A stretch of 64,000 bases of DNA, taken from Takakia lepidozioides. Taxonomy: Eukaryota > Plantae > Bryophyta. This document shows, piece by piece, positions 34,523-47,569 of this stretch. Under the pieces are notes generated by a model. It was given only the letters and a program-made list of their open reading frames with translations, was not told where the DNA came from and did no database searches. Each line of letters begins with the position of its first letter. The stretch's first letter is position 1. Location: positions 3,720,001 to 3,784,000 of the forward strand of contig CM060732.1 of assembly GCA_030704615.1 (NCBI GenBank), in the 5' to 3' direction. Both the position numbers and the translations under genes were made by a program.

Positions 34523-36750
34523 TGATTTGGATGGGCAACCATCCGTTCACCCGTTGAATGTATTCCGTTGGATCTGCTATTACTTTGGGACCTGTTGGAC
34601 TGTGTTTCGCGTGTTCATGTTTATTTTTTTCATTCTGTTTTTGAATGGGGCATGTAATGACTCCATATGCAACGTGCGTGCCAAATTTGGGAGCGATCAA
34701 AATTCATTTGGACCCAAAACCACAGTTTCTTCCCTATTTTGCACTCCAGACTTGTTTTGCGTTCTACTTCATGCACTCTTCATAAAGAGTTATGCAATAG
34801 TGAGCGAAGAGAACACTTTTTTTTTGGGGCATTTTTTATTGGTCCAAATTTTGGCGGGGGAGTAGCAGTGGGATGCTTGAAGCCGCAGAACAAAATTGAA
34901 CCAAAAACAAAATCGATGCGTGCCAGAAACCCCCAACGAAAGGCAGTGCAAACCTATTTATTGGCTTAAAATTAATTTAAATTCAATTAAGTTCTGGAAT
35001 GGCTTGAGGGGTGAGCGCGTCGATGGGGAGGCAAATGATTTATTCGTCTATTGTGTCTCCGAACATATGTTCAAGCACCACATGCGGACAAAAGATGGGC
35101 TTCAACCCATCCGTTCAATGGGTGCAATAGTCGTGCACGCATTGCAGGATTTTTTTTTCTCGCAATGAACAAAACCAGATGACAACTGAACGCCTCATTG
35201 GCCCATCAAACAAATTTCGATTGATCTCATATTACACTGGGACGTATCAGAGGGCACGTTGAACACACCGGCCAAGTCTCAAAGCGAACGAAAATCATTT
35301 GGATGGGCAACCATCCGTTGGCCCGTTGAACAAATTTCGATTGATCTCATATTACTTTGGGGCCTCTTACATGGTACATTGAACATACTGGCCAAGTCTC
35401 AAAGCGAACCAAAATCATTTCGATGGCCAACCAGCCGTTGAGCCTTCGAATGAATTTCGATTGATCTCATATTAGTCCGGGACTTGTGAGAGGATGTCTC
35501 AAACGTACTGGCAAAGTTTGGAAGCAAACAAAAATGATTTGGATGGGCAACCATCCGTTCACCCGTTGAATGTATTCCGTTGGATCTGCTATTACTTTGG
35601 GACCTGTTGGACTGTGTTTCGCGTGTTCATGTTTATTTTTTTCATTCTGTTTTTGAATGGGGCATGTAATGACTCCATATGCAACGTGCGTGCCAAATTT
35701 GGGAGCGATCAAAATTCATTTGGACCCAAAACCACAGTTTCTTCCCTATTTTGCACTCCAGACTTGTTTTGCGTTCTACTTCATGCACTCTTCATAAAGA
35801 ATCATGCAATAGTGAGCGAAGAGAACACTTTTTTTTGGGGGCATTTTTTATTGGTCCAAATTTTGGCGGGGGAGTAGCAGTGGGATGCTTGAAGCCGCAG
35901 AACAAAATTGAACCAAAAACAAAATCGATGCGTGCCAGAAACCCCCAACGAAAGGCAGTGCAAACCTATTTATTGGCTTAAAATTAATTTAAATTCAATT
36001 AAGTTCTGGAATGGCTTGAGGGGTGAGCGCGTCGATGGGGAGGCAAATGATTTATTCGTCTATTGTGTCTCCGAACATATGTTCAAGCACCACATGCGGG
36101 CAAAAGATGGGCTTCAACCCATCCGTTCAATGGGTGCAATAGTCGTGCACGCATTGCAGGATTTTTTTTTCTCGCAATGAACAAAAACCAGATGACAACT
36201 GAACGCCTCATTGGCCCATCAAACAAATTTCGATTGATCTCATATTACACTGGGACGTATCAGAGGGCACGTTGAACACACCGGCCAAGTCTCAAAACGA
36301 ACGAAAATCATTTGGATGGGCAACCATCCGTTGGCCCGTTGAACAAATTTCGATTGATCTCATATTACTTTGGGGCCTCTTACATGGTACATTGAACATA
36401 CTGGCCAAGTCTCAAAGCGAACCAAAATCATTTCGATGGCCAACCAGTCGTTGAGCCTTCGAATGAATTTCGATTGATCTCATATTAGTCCGGGACTTGT
36501 GAGAGGATGTCTCAAACGTACTGGCAAAGTTTGGAAGCAAACAAAAATGATTTGGATGGGCAACCATCCGTTCACCCGTTGAATGTATTCCGTTGGATCT
36601 GCTATTACTTTGGGACCTGTTGGACTGTGTTTCGCGTGTTCATGTTTATTTTTTTCATTCTGTTTTTGAATGGGGCATGTAATGACTCCATATGCAACGT
36701 GCGTGCCAAATTTGGGAGCGATCAAAATTCATTTGGACCCAAAACCACAG
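34523..36750. repeat. ~1012-bp tandem repeat (2.2 copies) with ~120-bp internal subrepeats
   Basis: TGATTTGGATGGGCAACCATCCG..CCGTTGAATG starts at 34523, 35535 and 36548. AATTTCGATTGATCTCATATTA recurs every ~120 bp within units. Confidence 0.92.
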
Positions 36751-36810
36751 ATTTTTCATGGTTGGTGGGTGAACCCAATGGACCTGAAGATTTGGTAAAG
36801 ATTACTAAGG

Positions 36811-37607
36811 TATCACAAGGGAATTTATGGCCAAGTTTGAGGAATTTTGGCCAAGGTTTGCAACGACCACCATTTTTGGAGTTTTTCGGGTGTCCGTGGC
36901 CACATAAATTCAAATGGATGGATTTTTGGGGGTTAAAATAGCTAGGAGCGCCATAGGACAGCTGGTAGGATGAATATGCCACCTACCAACCAAGAATGGA
37001 CAATATATTTCCTCATCCTTGAGAATTGGATATTCCATCCAATCATTTTTTTGTGTTTTTCTAGTATATAGGAGTAGGAAGCTGGGCTTGCCGACCATTT
37101 CTTTCTTGCTTTGTTTGTAGTTGCTTAGTTCTTTTTTAGTTGGTTGCTTAGAGCTTGCTAGAGTGTAGCAAGTCTTGGTGGAGGCAATCAAAAGAGGAGA
37201 AGTCCTAGTTGCTAATTGTGGCTTAAAGCTTAGCTAGATGTTTAGCAAGCTTGGAGGAAGCAAATAGTTTGTGTTTGAGAAGTTAAGGAGAAACTCATAC
37301 CCTAGGTGCTCAAATGTGTTTTGGTCAAGAGCACTTTGTTTGAAGTGAAAAAGGAGAACTTTTCCCCAAAAAGAGAGTGCGACTTGAACTTAGAGTGTGG
37401 TGAGCCCCTAGAAGAGAGAGTGGAGGTAGTAAGCAACAAACCGCATAGGAGAGGTGAGCTACTACCCCATCCCCTAGGTTTTGGTAGCCCACTTAGCAAG
37501 TTGGGACATTCCAAGAGAGGAGAGAGTTCTTGTTCCTTGTTTCATTTCATTTGTTTGCTCATGGTTTCTTTTTCTTTTGATGTTTGTGGTATTCTAACCT
37601 TGTGACA
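36811..37607 (+). mobile_element. Solo LTR-like sequence
   Basis: Termini TATCACAAGG (degenerate TGTCACAAGG) and CCTTGTGACA; internal TATATA. No TSD seen. Confidence 0.55.
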
Positions 37608-40600
37608 GGGGTTGCTATTTCATGAGCGGCATGAGCATGAGCGGAAAAAAAAAAAACATGAGCGGACCATTGTGTGTCCACGGAAATAGGTTTAGGAGGC
37701 ACGTAAATAGGGTCATATGAAGTTGGAATTTGGCACCAGTGGACTTGTCATAGCAATGAAATGCAACATTTTATTGCAAATTTTGTGGCAAGCCACATCT
37801 ATACAAGTGTGTCCTAACTGTCATAGCCGGAATGGGCACTACTCTCCTACACCCTCCGAGGAACTTGCCCCACCTTCCTCCTCATCCCCCTCATCCCCCC
37901 CATCCTCTGAGCTATGAGATGCATCAGTTCCACTATGCCTCTCAAAAATACCGTCCTCTCCTTGGGGGACTGTCCACCTCACCTCCTGGGAATCTTCTAC
38001 CTCTTCTCCCCCACTTTCCTCAGCAGAATCCAAGACAAATTTACGAGCCTGACGGGCTCTAATAGCTGCTGCCTCCTCTCTCATCTTCATTTGCTTGAGG
38101 TTTGCCCCGTTTAAAATCTGTTGTACACGACTAGGTTCGGAAGACCTCCTAATGGACATCGAAGCAAGCCGGGCAGCATAAGTAGGAAGGATGTAGTCCC
38201 TTTCTGGACTCGGCATGAAATCCCCCTTGGCAAAAAAAAGCACGTTCCTCCTACCCATAAACTGCGGTGTAGATGTCCCTCCTGCAGTACTTGGCATCCT
38301 ACAGTAAGACCCCAGGGACTTAGCCATTTTCGGGGCCCCGAACTGGAAATTCGGCGCCATTTTCCCAGATTGGGGCCGAAAATGGCTAAGTCCCAGAACT
38401 GACTGGGCCCGAAACTGGAAAAATGGCGCCGAAGTTCCAATTTCGGTGCCAGACACCCCAATGACTTAGCCATTTTCGGGGCCCTGAACTGCAAATGCGG
38501 CGCCATTTTCCCAGGTTGGGGCCGAGAATGCCTAAGTCCCAGGTGTGACTGGGCCTGCAACTGGAAAAATGGCGCCGAATTTCCAGACAGTGCCAGCCAC
38601 CCCCTGGACAGCCATCCCCCAGGGCCCGACTCCGGAAATTCAGCGCCATTTTTCCAATGACTTCTTCACAACTAATTTTCATGCTCCACATAAGGCCCCT
38701 TAATCCTCGAAATGTAGGGACTAAAAAGAAAGGCATCGCGTATGTACCTGTACAGAAGGCGCATTGCCGCTTTGTCCGCGTTCGGCTGGTCGGTGAACTC
38801 GTGGCTCCGACAGGCATGGGGTATCTCTCGAAAGAATAGGTCGGTTTTGTAGAGCAGAAAGTACCTCGTCACATAGTCGCGTAGGCTCTCTGCTTCACCA
38901 AAAATCTCCAGCTTGAACTGATGTGCTTGTGTGTCAAGTTGCTCTTGCGCATTCGTCGTCACCTGTGGAGATTCTCCATCAGACCGCTTTCCTCAAAAAA
39001 TACAATAAATCCATCCGATACAAGAGTAGAAGCCCCAAATGAAGCATGTCGAATGTGGGGTCGGACAGTTTGTCGGGTTTGGGGAAGCTCCACATGTCCC
39101 TTGTACTTTGGGAACCATTCCAGATTTGGAGCCACCGGGTCTGTCCAACCACCCAGCATATTAGTAAGCGCCAAACACCACAAAAACGAATTGCTGCCAC
39201 GACAATTTGGTTAAGAATGTATAACCTTTTCTGTTGCATCCACACAGGATGTGGCTAGACGATGCAACTTCTCCAATGTCATCGTGGGCTTCAGAGCGCG
39301 GGAGTAGTGCTTCCCCACCTCCACCAAAAAGCACCAAGGGCGGGATCAGCTATGGCCACGTACTTTACCATCCGCGACTTGTACTTTATGCGGGCCTTTG
39401 CCTCCGCAGCTTTGAGATACGATTCCAATGCCGGGAGGGTTAGTTTCTTCTCCTCTGACTCCATGTAGAACCTCCGCGCATGTGCCAAATCCTTCTGAAT
39501 TTTCGTCTGTCAAGAATGCGCAGATATGATTAGAAATCCTGCTCAACACTTTCTCTTCTATTGGGGGAGGAGAGACAGATAAGCTGAACAAAACAGTCAA
39601 GAGCTTTACCCGAAATATGTAGTCCACCATGGCGTCCATGCTCAGCCTATACCAGGTTTTGTCTGCCTTTGCCTCCGACTTGCGCAGCAGGTCGGCACTG
39701 AGCGAATTGGCAAACTCTTGCACCCCCTGCTTCCCGACATCCTTCATTCGGAAGAGCATATGGGACAAGTTGGTGGCAATGAAGGCATTCTCAGTCACCC
39801 TGCAATGCCATATTTCCATTAAACAATACAGAAATGAGAATTTGCAACAAATATGACGATTGGCAATGAAATGACTGTTTCAAATTCAAAGTTCTAAAGC
39901 AAGAGGCATTGTAACTTACGAGTTGATGTCTGCCATTGCCGCTTTGAGAAGACTGCGATCTTTGGGCCCCGCAACCTTGAGCACAACACACTCCACGGCA
40001 AAATACCAATCCAGGTCGTTGGGGTGGGCTTGGGCTATGTACTCCATCCATGCCAGGAGGCGATGATTGCCATCCCACACATAAAACATCTTTCCGGACA
40101 AGTGCTGGACAAGAGGATCAGTAGCAATCAATCTCTCGAACTCCTCATTTCGCCTTTGCCAATGGGGACCCCATTTGTCCACCTCATCGGAAGTGTGGGC
40201 ACGAGAAGCTCCGTGGTCGTTCTCCATGGAAACGTAAAACGCGGAAGACCCCATTCGATATCCCTCCCGGAAAGAGAATTTCAGCTTGTCGATATCGCCT
40301 GGGAGGGCAGGTCTCACCACCTACAATGAAACCAAGCGGCAAAGGGGAATCCGAAGCTTGGCCGGGTACACCATGCCCCCCAGGACCCTGCCAATGTTGT
40401 TGTGGATTGCCTCCAACATCTTGGCAGCGGCCAACTTCATATCCGCCTCCGACATGACGTCTGTTGCAGGGGGGTTCTCCGGCAGCCCACCCGGACCGCC
40501 AAATCCAGCCTGTATGCTCCGGGTTTGGGGCCTGGGGATGTCCGGGAGGATGTCATCCTGGTCAGAAAGCTCCCTCTCGTCGTCCTCAACATGGTCAACC

Positions 40601-41005
40601 ACCGCCAGAACCACCTCGAGCACTCTCCCCGGGCCTTCTGTTTCTTACTAGGGGTAGCAGCAGGGGAGGCCTCCAGGACGACCACCTTTGATTGAGGCGA
40701 ACTGACACCCTCGCGCGCCCTGCTCACTCCCCCCTCCGCAGCCCGTGACGGCTCTCTCGCCGGGGATTGCATGTGCTTGGCTTTCTTCTTCTTCTTTGCG
40801 TGGGCGGGCCCTACTGCATGTGCATCAACTTCCTCCATTGCCGGATCTGCTGTCCTCGTCCGACGCCCTTCACCTGCCATGCCGCCTGCACCAACCTCCC
40901 CAATGCCTATTCTGTCGTACTCTCGCTGCAGGTCCTCCCGTCCACCAACAAAAGGATTTAGTTTGCCCTCCCGCCCCAAGTTGGGCGATCCAAACATGTG
41001 ATGAG
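37608..41005 (+). mobile_element. MULE-like transposon, copy 3 (diverged; MTase exons deleted; truncated)
   Basis: Starts GGGGTTGCTATTTCATGAGCGGC and is collinear with 6313-12430, except for a deletion at ~38309 (equivalent to ~6993-9000) and one at ~40630. ParB ORF 39916-40320 (- strand) has YVWDGNHR. Confidence 0.85.
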
Positions 41006-41029
41006 TAGCGGCTTTTGGAGTGACTGCTC

Positions 41030-41490
41030 GAGCAGTTAGGTCCACTCGGTTCTCGTCACTCAACTTGGCCACTTGGAAGTATTTCTCCAATTCCAAGAGC
41101 CAAGTGTTGAGCGCCTTCCGATTCCGGACGCCCTCAGAAGTGTCTGGCTCCTTTGGTTTCACATTAAACTTAGCCTTTGTGGGAGTGGCATTGGCAGCCT
41201 TCACAACGTTCTTCAGGGTCCGACTGAACCGAACCAACAATTTTTCCCAAAGTGTTGGTGGCATCTGAGGATGCAGAGGCTCCTCGGAGAAATCTTTGAT
41301 TCGTTGAGATGGCTCCTGCTCCTGAGCAACATCTTCCTCTAAGAGGTATTCCTTTCTTGCTGCTCCGGCGTCGCGTCGCCCCCACCGGGCTCACTAGGTT
41401 CATCAGCTTTCGGGCCATTCCACTTTCACTTGGCCTTGCTTGACCCCATGGTAAGGCCGATCGCGTACTCACTTTTAGCTCTGATACCAA
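41030..41490 (-). mobile_element. 5' part of a second Ty3/Gypsy element: tRNA-iMet PBS and gag start
   Basis: TGGTATCAGAGC on the - strand at 41478-41489, just inside the LTR end; gag-like KPKEPDT..LNTWLLELEKYFQVAKLSDENRV. Confidence 0.75.
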
Positions 41491-41491
41491 G

Positions 41492-42543
41492 TGTCGCGCA
41501 CCTCACTTTGATAAACTCCCATTGTCATAGTTTTTTTAGAACATCACCCACCCTCCCGCTAGAGGCAATCCGAGACAATCAGGGAATATTACATACCTCT
41601 CCATCCTCCATAATAAAGTCATACACCAACAAGCCACAACATTATACCAACCATAAACATATGCATGCTTTCAGCCATCCTTCCACATGCAGTATCAAGC
41701 CAAACATTATAGACAGATTCAAACTGGAACGGAGAGGACCCCTAAACACGGATCTCAGTGCGCACCTTACCCCAAAAAAATATCATTCATGCCTTCAAAT
41801 GCTTTCTAACTCAAAAGCACCAGGGCCAGACAACATTCCAAAACAAAATACTCAAAGCACTAGACCCGCACCTACATCGGCTGATCCACCGTTTTTTTGT
41901 AATTTGCTATCAACTCCATCGAATTCCAAAAAACTGGAAGAATAGTCTATTTGATGCACGCGCCTAACTCCTAAACTGATACCTCGGTCGACTTGGAGAT
42001 TCGGCTACTCACCAGGGCATAATGATCCCGGTGTCGGTGACCCTCCCGCCCCAAGCGTCTTTGTAAATCCCTATGGTTAAGACAATTTGGATCACCACGC
42101 TCGCTTCACTAGCTTTTATCGCTTAACGGGCTACCACCGTTCTTGGGTTACTACTCCCTATGTATACTTATGTGACTGTCGGCGGGGTTATCACAACTAG
42201 TAGCCTAAGTCCTTTTTGGTGCATAGCCACCATGGTGAGTCTCAGCCCACTCCCTGCGGCTCCATTGACCCGTAGTGAATCCCAAGACTCCCCCACGACT
42301 CCCACCCACTATTGCTAAGCCCCTTTGTGAATTCCCCCCACCCGCTCTATGCCTCCACCACCCCGTGACCAGCCCACTGATCGAGGTCCCCACCGCCGAC
42401 CGGTTGGGGGTCCCACCCAGTGAGTGTCTCCGCCCGGGCTTGAGTGCTTTGGCCACTAAAGGGTCATTTAGCCCCCATTCCCACTGCTGCCACTGCCCCT
42501 CTTGTGTCCTGACCCCCTGCCCTCAAGGTAAAGGGCCGCAACA
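41492..42543 (-). repeat. 5' LTR of the second Gypsy element, interrupted by a LINE fragment
   Basis: Inverted termini TGTCGCG / CGCAACA, adjacent to the PBS. Confidence 0.65.
41520..41950 (+). mobile_element. Non-LTR (LINE) reverse-transcriptase N-terminal fragment
   Basis: LSNSKAPGPDNIP / ILKAL..LIHRFFVICYQLHRIPKNWKNS, the typical pre-RT region of LINEs; frameshifted. Confidence 0.75.
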
Positions 42544-45500
42544 ATCAGTTAGAGTTTGATTTAGATGCTAATAATATCATTGTCAGAATTTGAAAGAAAG
42601 TTAGGGCATACGCAATCAATCAACATTTATGCATTGCATTTGGATGTTCAAACTGGATAAACATGATATGTGTTGATCTTTGAAATCTCCATGACATTCA
42701 ATACATAGTGCTTAGAGATTTGGAATATGTATTCTGTTTCAAAAGGTTTATTGAAAAATTTAGTATTGATCTGCTGTCAAAGTTGATGGGTTGTTCTACA
42801 GCCAAATGTCTTATAATAAGTAATTCAGACCTTGTGACATTGGTGACATGGACTTTCACTCAAGTTAGGACTTTCACTCAAGTTTTGTAGTAATGGTCGT
42901 GGGTGGGCAAGCCCATGGAGAGTCCGGTCCCTAGGTCAAGAAGGCTGGAATAATATTCAATGTTTCTTGGCACAACCAATATTTAGCTAAGTGGTAAGGG
43001 CACAAACCGCCTCATTAGTGGTTGTGGGTTCAAACCACATGTTGGATATCATAAAATGTGTCCACGTTCCCACCAGAATGCAGTATTCCTTTGCGATCAA
43101 GTGACGTTTGCTTTGGCAATGCGTTCACATTTGTATTCATTGTTCTGCTGACTCAATAGTGAAAAGACCCATGTTAACTCGTGAGAGAATCTCAAGTGTA
43201 GGAAAAACCTTAAAATGGTACAAATCAACTGTTAAGACTTGTCAAGAACCACCTTTATGGCCAGTAAGATTGGAATTCGGAGTGCAACCTTGGATTTCAG
43301 AATTTGTTCATAAAAACGCTTTGTCTTAGCATTCACTTGATTCAAGTAGCTTGACTAAAAAATGAGAAATAGTCTGAGCCGCAAAATAATGCCTTTGAAG
43401 TCAACAGTGAGCGAAAAAAGAAGGTGTTTGACCAATATCCACCTAGTTGGTTGACAAAGGAGGTTGGGTCATTTACAACAACACCTTGAACTCAAATAAA
43501 GTATTTTTCTCCTTGGATGGAAACAAGGGAATGTAATTCAGATATAAACAATTTGCATGGTCCATACCATCGATACATTGTTCAATGGCGGAGCCGCGCA
43601 TTTCCCGGCCTCACGCACAAATGTTTATTTGTGCTATTCTTCAATCAGGACGTGGCCCAAGATTCGCAAGGGCCCATTGTTGTGTGTCACACTTTTGAAA
43701 TTCAATGAGCGTGTGGATGTAAAAATGAGATGGTGACTTCTTTAGGATATTTGAGCAACTATTGAAATCCTGGAAAACATAGCATCAGTTAGATGGCCCG
43801 ATACTCATTAGGCACAAGCCACTTTACAAGGGTTCATGAGTCACATACATATGTATATGTTCGACGTCATGTGTTCGACATCAACCATTCTAACTAACCA
43901 ATTGTAAGAGAGATGTTCAGTCAACAAACCAGTCAATAAACCAACCCAACATCGCTTTTACAGTTGGTTAGTTAGAATGGTTGGCTCATCTCTGCTATCT
44001 GTTTTTGGATATTTCCTGCTGCCACATCGGCAGTAACTTGTCAAAGTCACTCCAAACCACCACAGATCCACCCAACGAGCTAATTTACATCTCAGGGCCG
44101 AGTCTGATGCAAGGGCAAAACAGGCTGAAAATAGGTCAAAGAAGAAGGTGCCCTCACCACATTGTCCATGACCTTGTGTCATCATCCATGCAAGATTTGG
44201 CCGACCATCACCCCAAAAAAACCTCTTGTGTGTGCTGTTTGTGTCTGTAGACGGATAATGTCGGGTTGGTCTGTGAGAACCACCAAGGTGCAGCTGAGCA
44301 GGCAGAGATTGAAAAAATGCCTGCTAAGACCAAGCTGAATCTCCCAAGAACCTTGTAAACATGAGGAACAATACCAAATCATGGTACTAAGAGCCCACAT
44401 TTGCAGGATGGACAAACTTCTTCACATCGCACATTCAGAAAAGCGACACCTTGCGATTGAGGTTGTCCCACCATGTGCAAGAGCTGCTGCTGTGTACTCA
44501 CAATCTGTGAACGTCTCCAACGTCTCCATCTGCGAATCGCGATCGGCCTGTGAAACCCCTCCCGCGATTCAACAAGATCAAGACACGAGCAGGTTGGGCA
44601 GTTTCGAAAAACTGGCGTGACGAGTTCTATTCGCGTTTCTCGGGCGGGCAGTTTGGGCAGACTCGACAAAATTTGACGACGAAACGTGGGATGATGACAT
44701 GACGACAATGATGTGGCGACGAAAACGTGGCACTTTGGCACCCTATTCCTGCTCTACGCTAAACTAGCTTCCGACCTTCGGTCGTCGCTAGAATTACCAA
44801 AGCCTGTAGGCATATCATGGCCCCTCTTGGTTGGGACCTACAGCAGCATACCTGCTTGCCCGATAGACCCAACAGCAGACATGCTTGCCCAGTACATGCA
44901 GCAGCAGACTGAGCCGCAGCGGACCCTCCGACAGGTAGGGGCGCCCCCACCCTTCCCAACCCTCTTTGCTGCACGTGGGCCCCGCCGCATGCACACACGT
45001 GTGCATTGAAGACGCTATTATCTTGTGAGAACTGCAATTTCTTTCTTTTCTTTGTTATATTGAAATGGAGTGGCATGTTTGGCGTCCTTACTAATCCTTT
45101 GAAATTGGCATGTGGGTCTCGGTTCAATCTCGTTGTTCCCCATTGGCCCTCATTGCCCTTTGTGTTTTTATAGAGTTATTTTGCAGCTGGGTTCTGTCCC
45201 CGTTTGCCTCATGGCTCATAAAGGGGGTCAGTTTTCCCCCTCCAGGCCTTGCTCAAGTTTCTTTGAATAAAAAGGAAATGGATTTGAAGCAACCGTGAGG
45301 CTACAATCACCCATGTCAGGGCAAGCTTCAAACTCTCCAATTTACTTTTCATTTTTTACTTTTAAAACTAATATAAAATCATCACAATTGAAGAATGAAA
45401 ATAACACTACAATGAATCAGAGAAGTTGGATAGAGCACTAAGGTCCAGCACATGGTGTTGGGGTTTTGGGCTCAAATCCTGGCTGCTTACCACATTGCCC

Positions 45501-47569
45501 TCCCTTTTGGGTCCTCCTTCGGTCATCAAAGTTAAGAAGTTTTTGTTGACTTAGCTTGGACCACAAAACAAATAAGGAGAAAGTACATTAACAGAAATAA
45601 AAAAAAACACCTACGATAATTGCGCATGTTCTTCATCAAGTGGTTTTCTGTGCATAACCAAGGTGATTTTTGGTCATCCTTTGTCAATTTTCCCCTTGGG
45701 CTATGATTTCAAGAAATCTGAGCCCACAAAGTGCACATCTTGGAGTATAGCCCCGGTGGGATCTAATACGGTAGGCCCAATGGGAGACAAATCTCTATGG
45801 AAAGTGCGCCATAACTTTTCCACGCGCTCAAATGAGGTGGGATTTTATACGGTAGGCCGAATGGAGACCAGTCTCCGTGAAAAGCACCATTGCTTTGTTA
45901 GTTGATCAACTGTTATTTTTTCATAGCGAGAACTTGGATGTCTCATGTGATGCACACAATTTAGTCGTGAAGTTCTCAATTCGATCCATACCATCACCGA
46001 GTATTCTCCTGCCATAATCCGTGTCTGTTAAATCCACACCCCCAAATATGCTCTCTGTCTTGCAGTACGCAAGGTAGGGATGTGATAACGTGGGTCGCGG
46101 CCCCCGTTTGCCATCAAACCCATGTGTGGCTGGGGGCGGGGTTGGTAAATACAAGTAGAAGTAGCCCAAAGGTAAGGGTAGTTTCTTATTTAAAAATATT
46201 TATTTAAATTTTATATTAAGATTTTTCTTAAAAAAATGCGGCTATGAAGCACGTATATCTTGTATCTTGTATATCTCTTGTATATAGATTGTGGTATATC
46301 TTCACCCATAAGGATTATTGCCTTGAGTGTGGAAGGTGGATATCTTCTAATTGTCGCAACCATAGCTTGTCTTTAAGTAGTCTTTACCCAAACCTTCTTC
46401 CCAGAAAGCAGAGGAGAAACTTTAGAGTGAACACTTTTCCGACCGCAGTCAACTGGAAACAGCAGCGGCAGCGGCACAATTGATAGAACGAGGCACTGCT
46501 AATGCAGGCACTTTCTTCAACACGTTTTCCCCTCTTATCAGAATCGGCCCTAAATTTTCATGTTGAATTCTGCAAGTTAGCTGGTTGAGTGAACCTTTGA
46601 TAGTTTGGAGTGACTTTGACATGATACTGCCAGTGTGACAACAGGAAAGTATCCAGAAACAGGTAACAGAGACGAGGAGAAGCTGTGGAATGAATACTTT
46701 TCTGACCCCGTCAATGGTGGGACAATCGAGGCAAAAAGGTGAATGCCTGTTGGAGGTAACAGAGACGAGGAGAAGCCACAGTATTCAGTAGCAGTTCCAT
46801 AAAAGTCTTTGCAGCTTCCAGACCCAATGTGCATGACTACTTGTTCCTCTCCTAGATTGAAATAGGCTACTCAAGCTTTGGGTTACCAAAAGGTTGGTTC
46901 AAAATGGAGACAGTAATCTCGTGAGCTTGGAACAACATCAGGCGACTGCTCACTGTCAGTTCCCTGTGCACCACAACTTGAGAATTTCGAGATAGACAAT
47001 TCTGCCTTGAGATGCAGGATGAACAGCTCATGCTTGCACCTGTCAAGAACAGCATTTGGTTCAAGTGTTTTGTATCCGCAAAGAGAGCTTGGGGTCTTTG
47101 CAACTTGCTCTTGTGAGGGCGCATAAGGAAACGGCAAGCCTTGCTCCCTTGATCAAGACAACCTGGGCATTGTGACATTATTTACATTGTCTTAATCGGC
47201 CCAATTCAAGTATGTCTGTTCCCGTGCTTTTTGTTGTCTTTGTCAAAGCATCTCCCTGTTTTGGTTTTATCTTATAGTCCTATGCCCATGTAGCTCCCCT
47301 GGTAAGCTAATAAGTTTAACCTACTTACGAAGGGCATAGCTCTATTCCAGAGTTTGTTGAGCAGGTTGTCATTGTCAACTGCTAGCAGCAAGGCAAGGAT
47401 GTATGCATGATTTGTGCAGAGGCATGGATAGCTGAAGGAGCAGGGATAGAGTGTGGGTCCAGATTCATCCAAGGGGACTGGACTTCAAGTTCCAGATTAC
47501 CTATGATTCCCTGTGGATCAATAGGTACAAGAAACCTGCATGGGTAGATGGTCAGCTAAAGGCACGTTT

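Noticed and set aside
42980-43050. tRNA gene (also 45420-45490 and 54680-54745)
   Set aside because: Only degenerate A/B-box-like motifs with no complete cloverleaf; probably SINE or TE debris.
43950-45010. Gene or transposase fragment
   Set aside because: Short ORFs on both strands with no recognisable domain.
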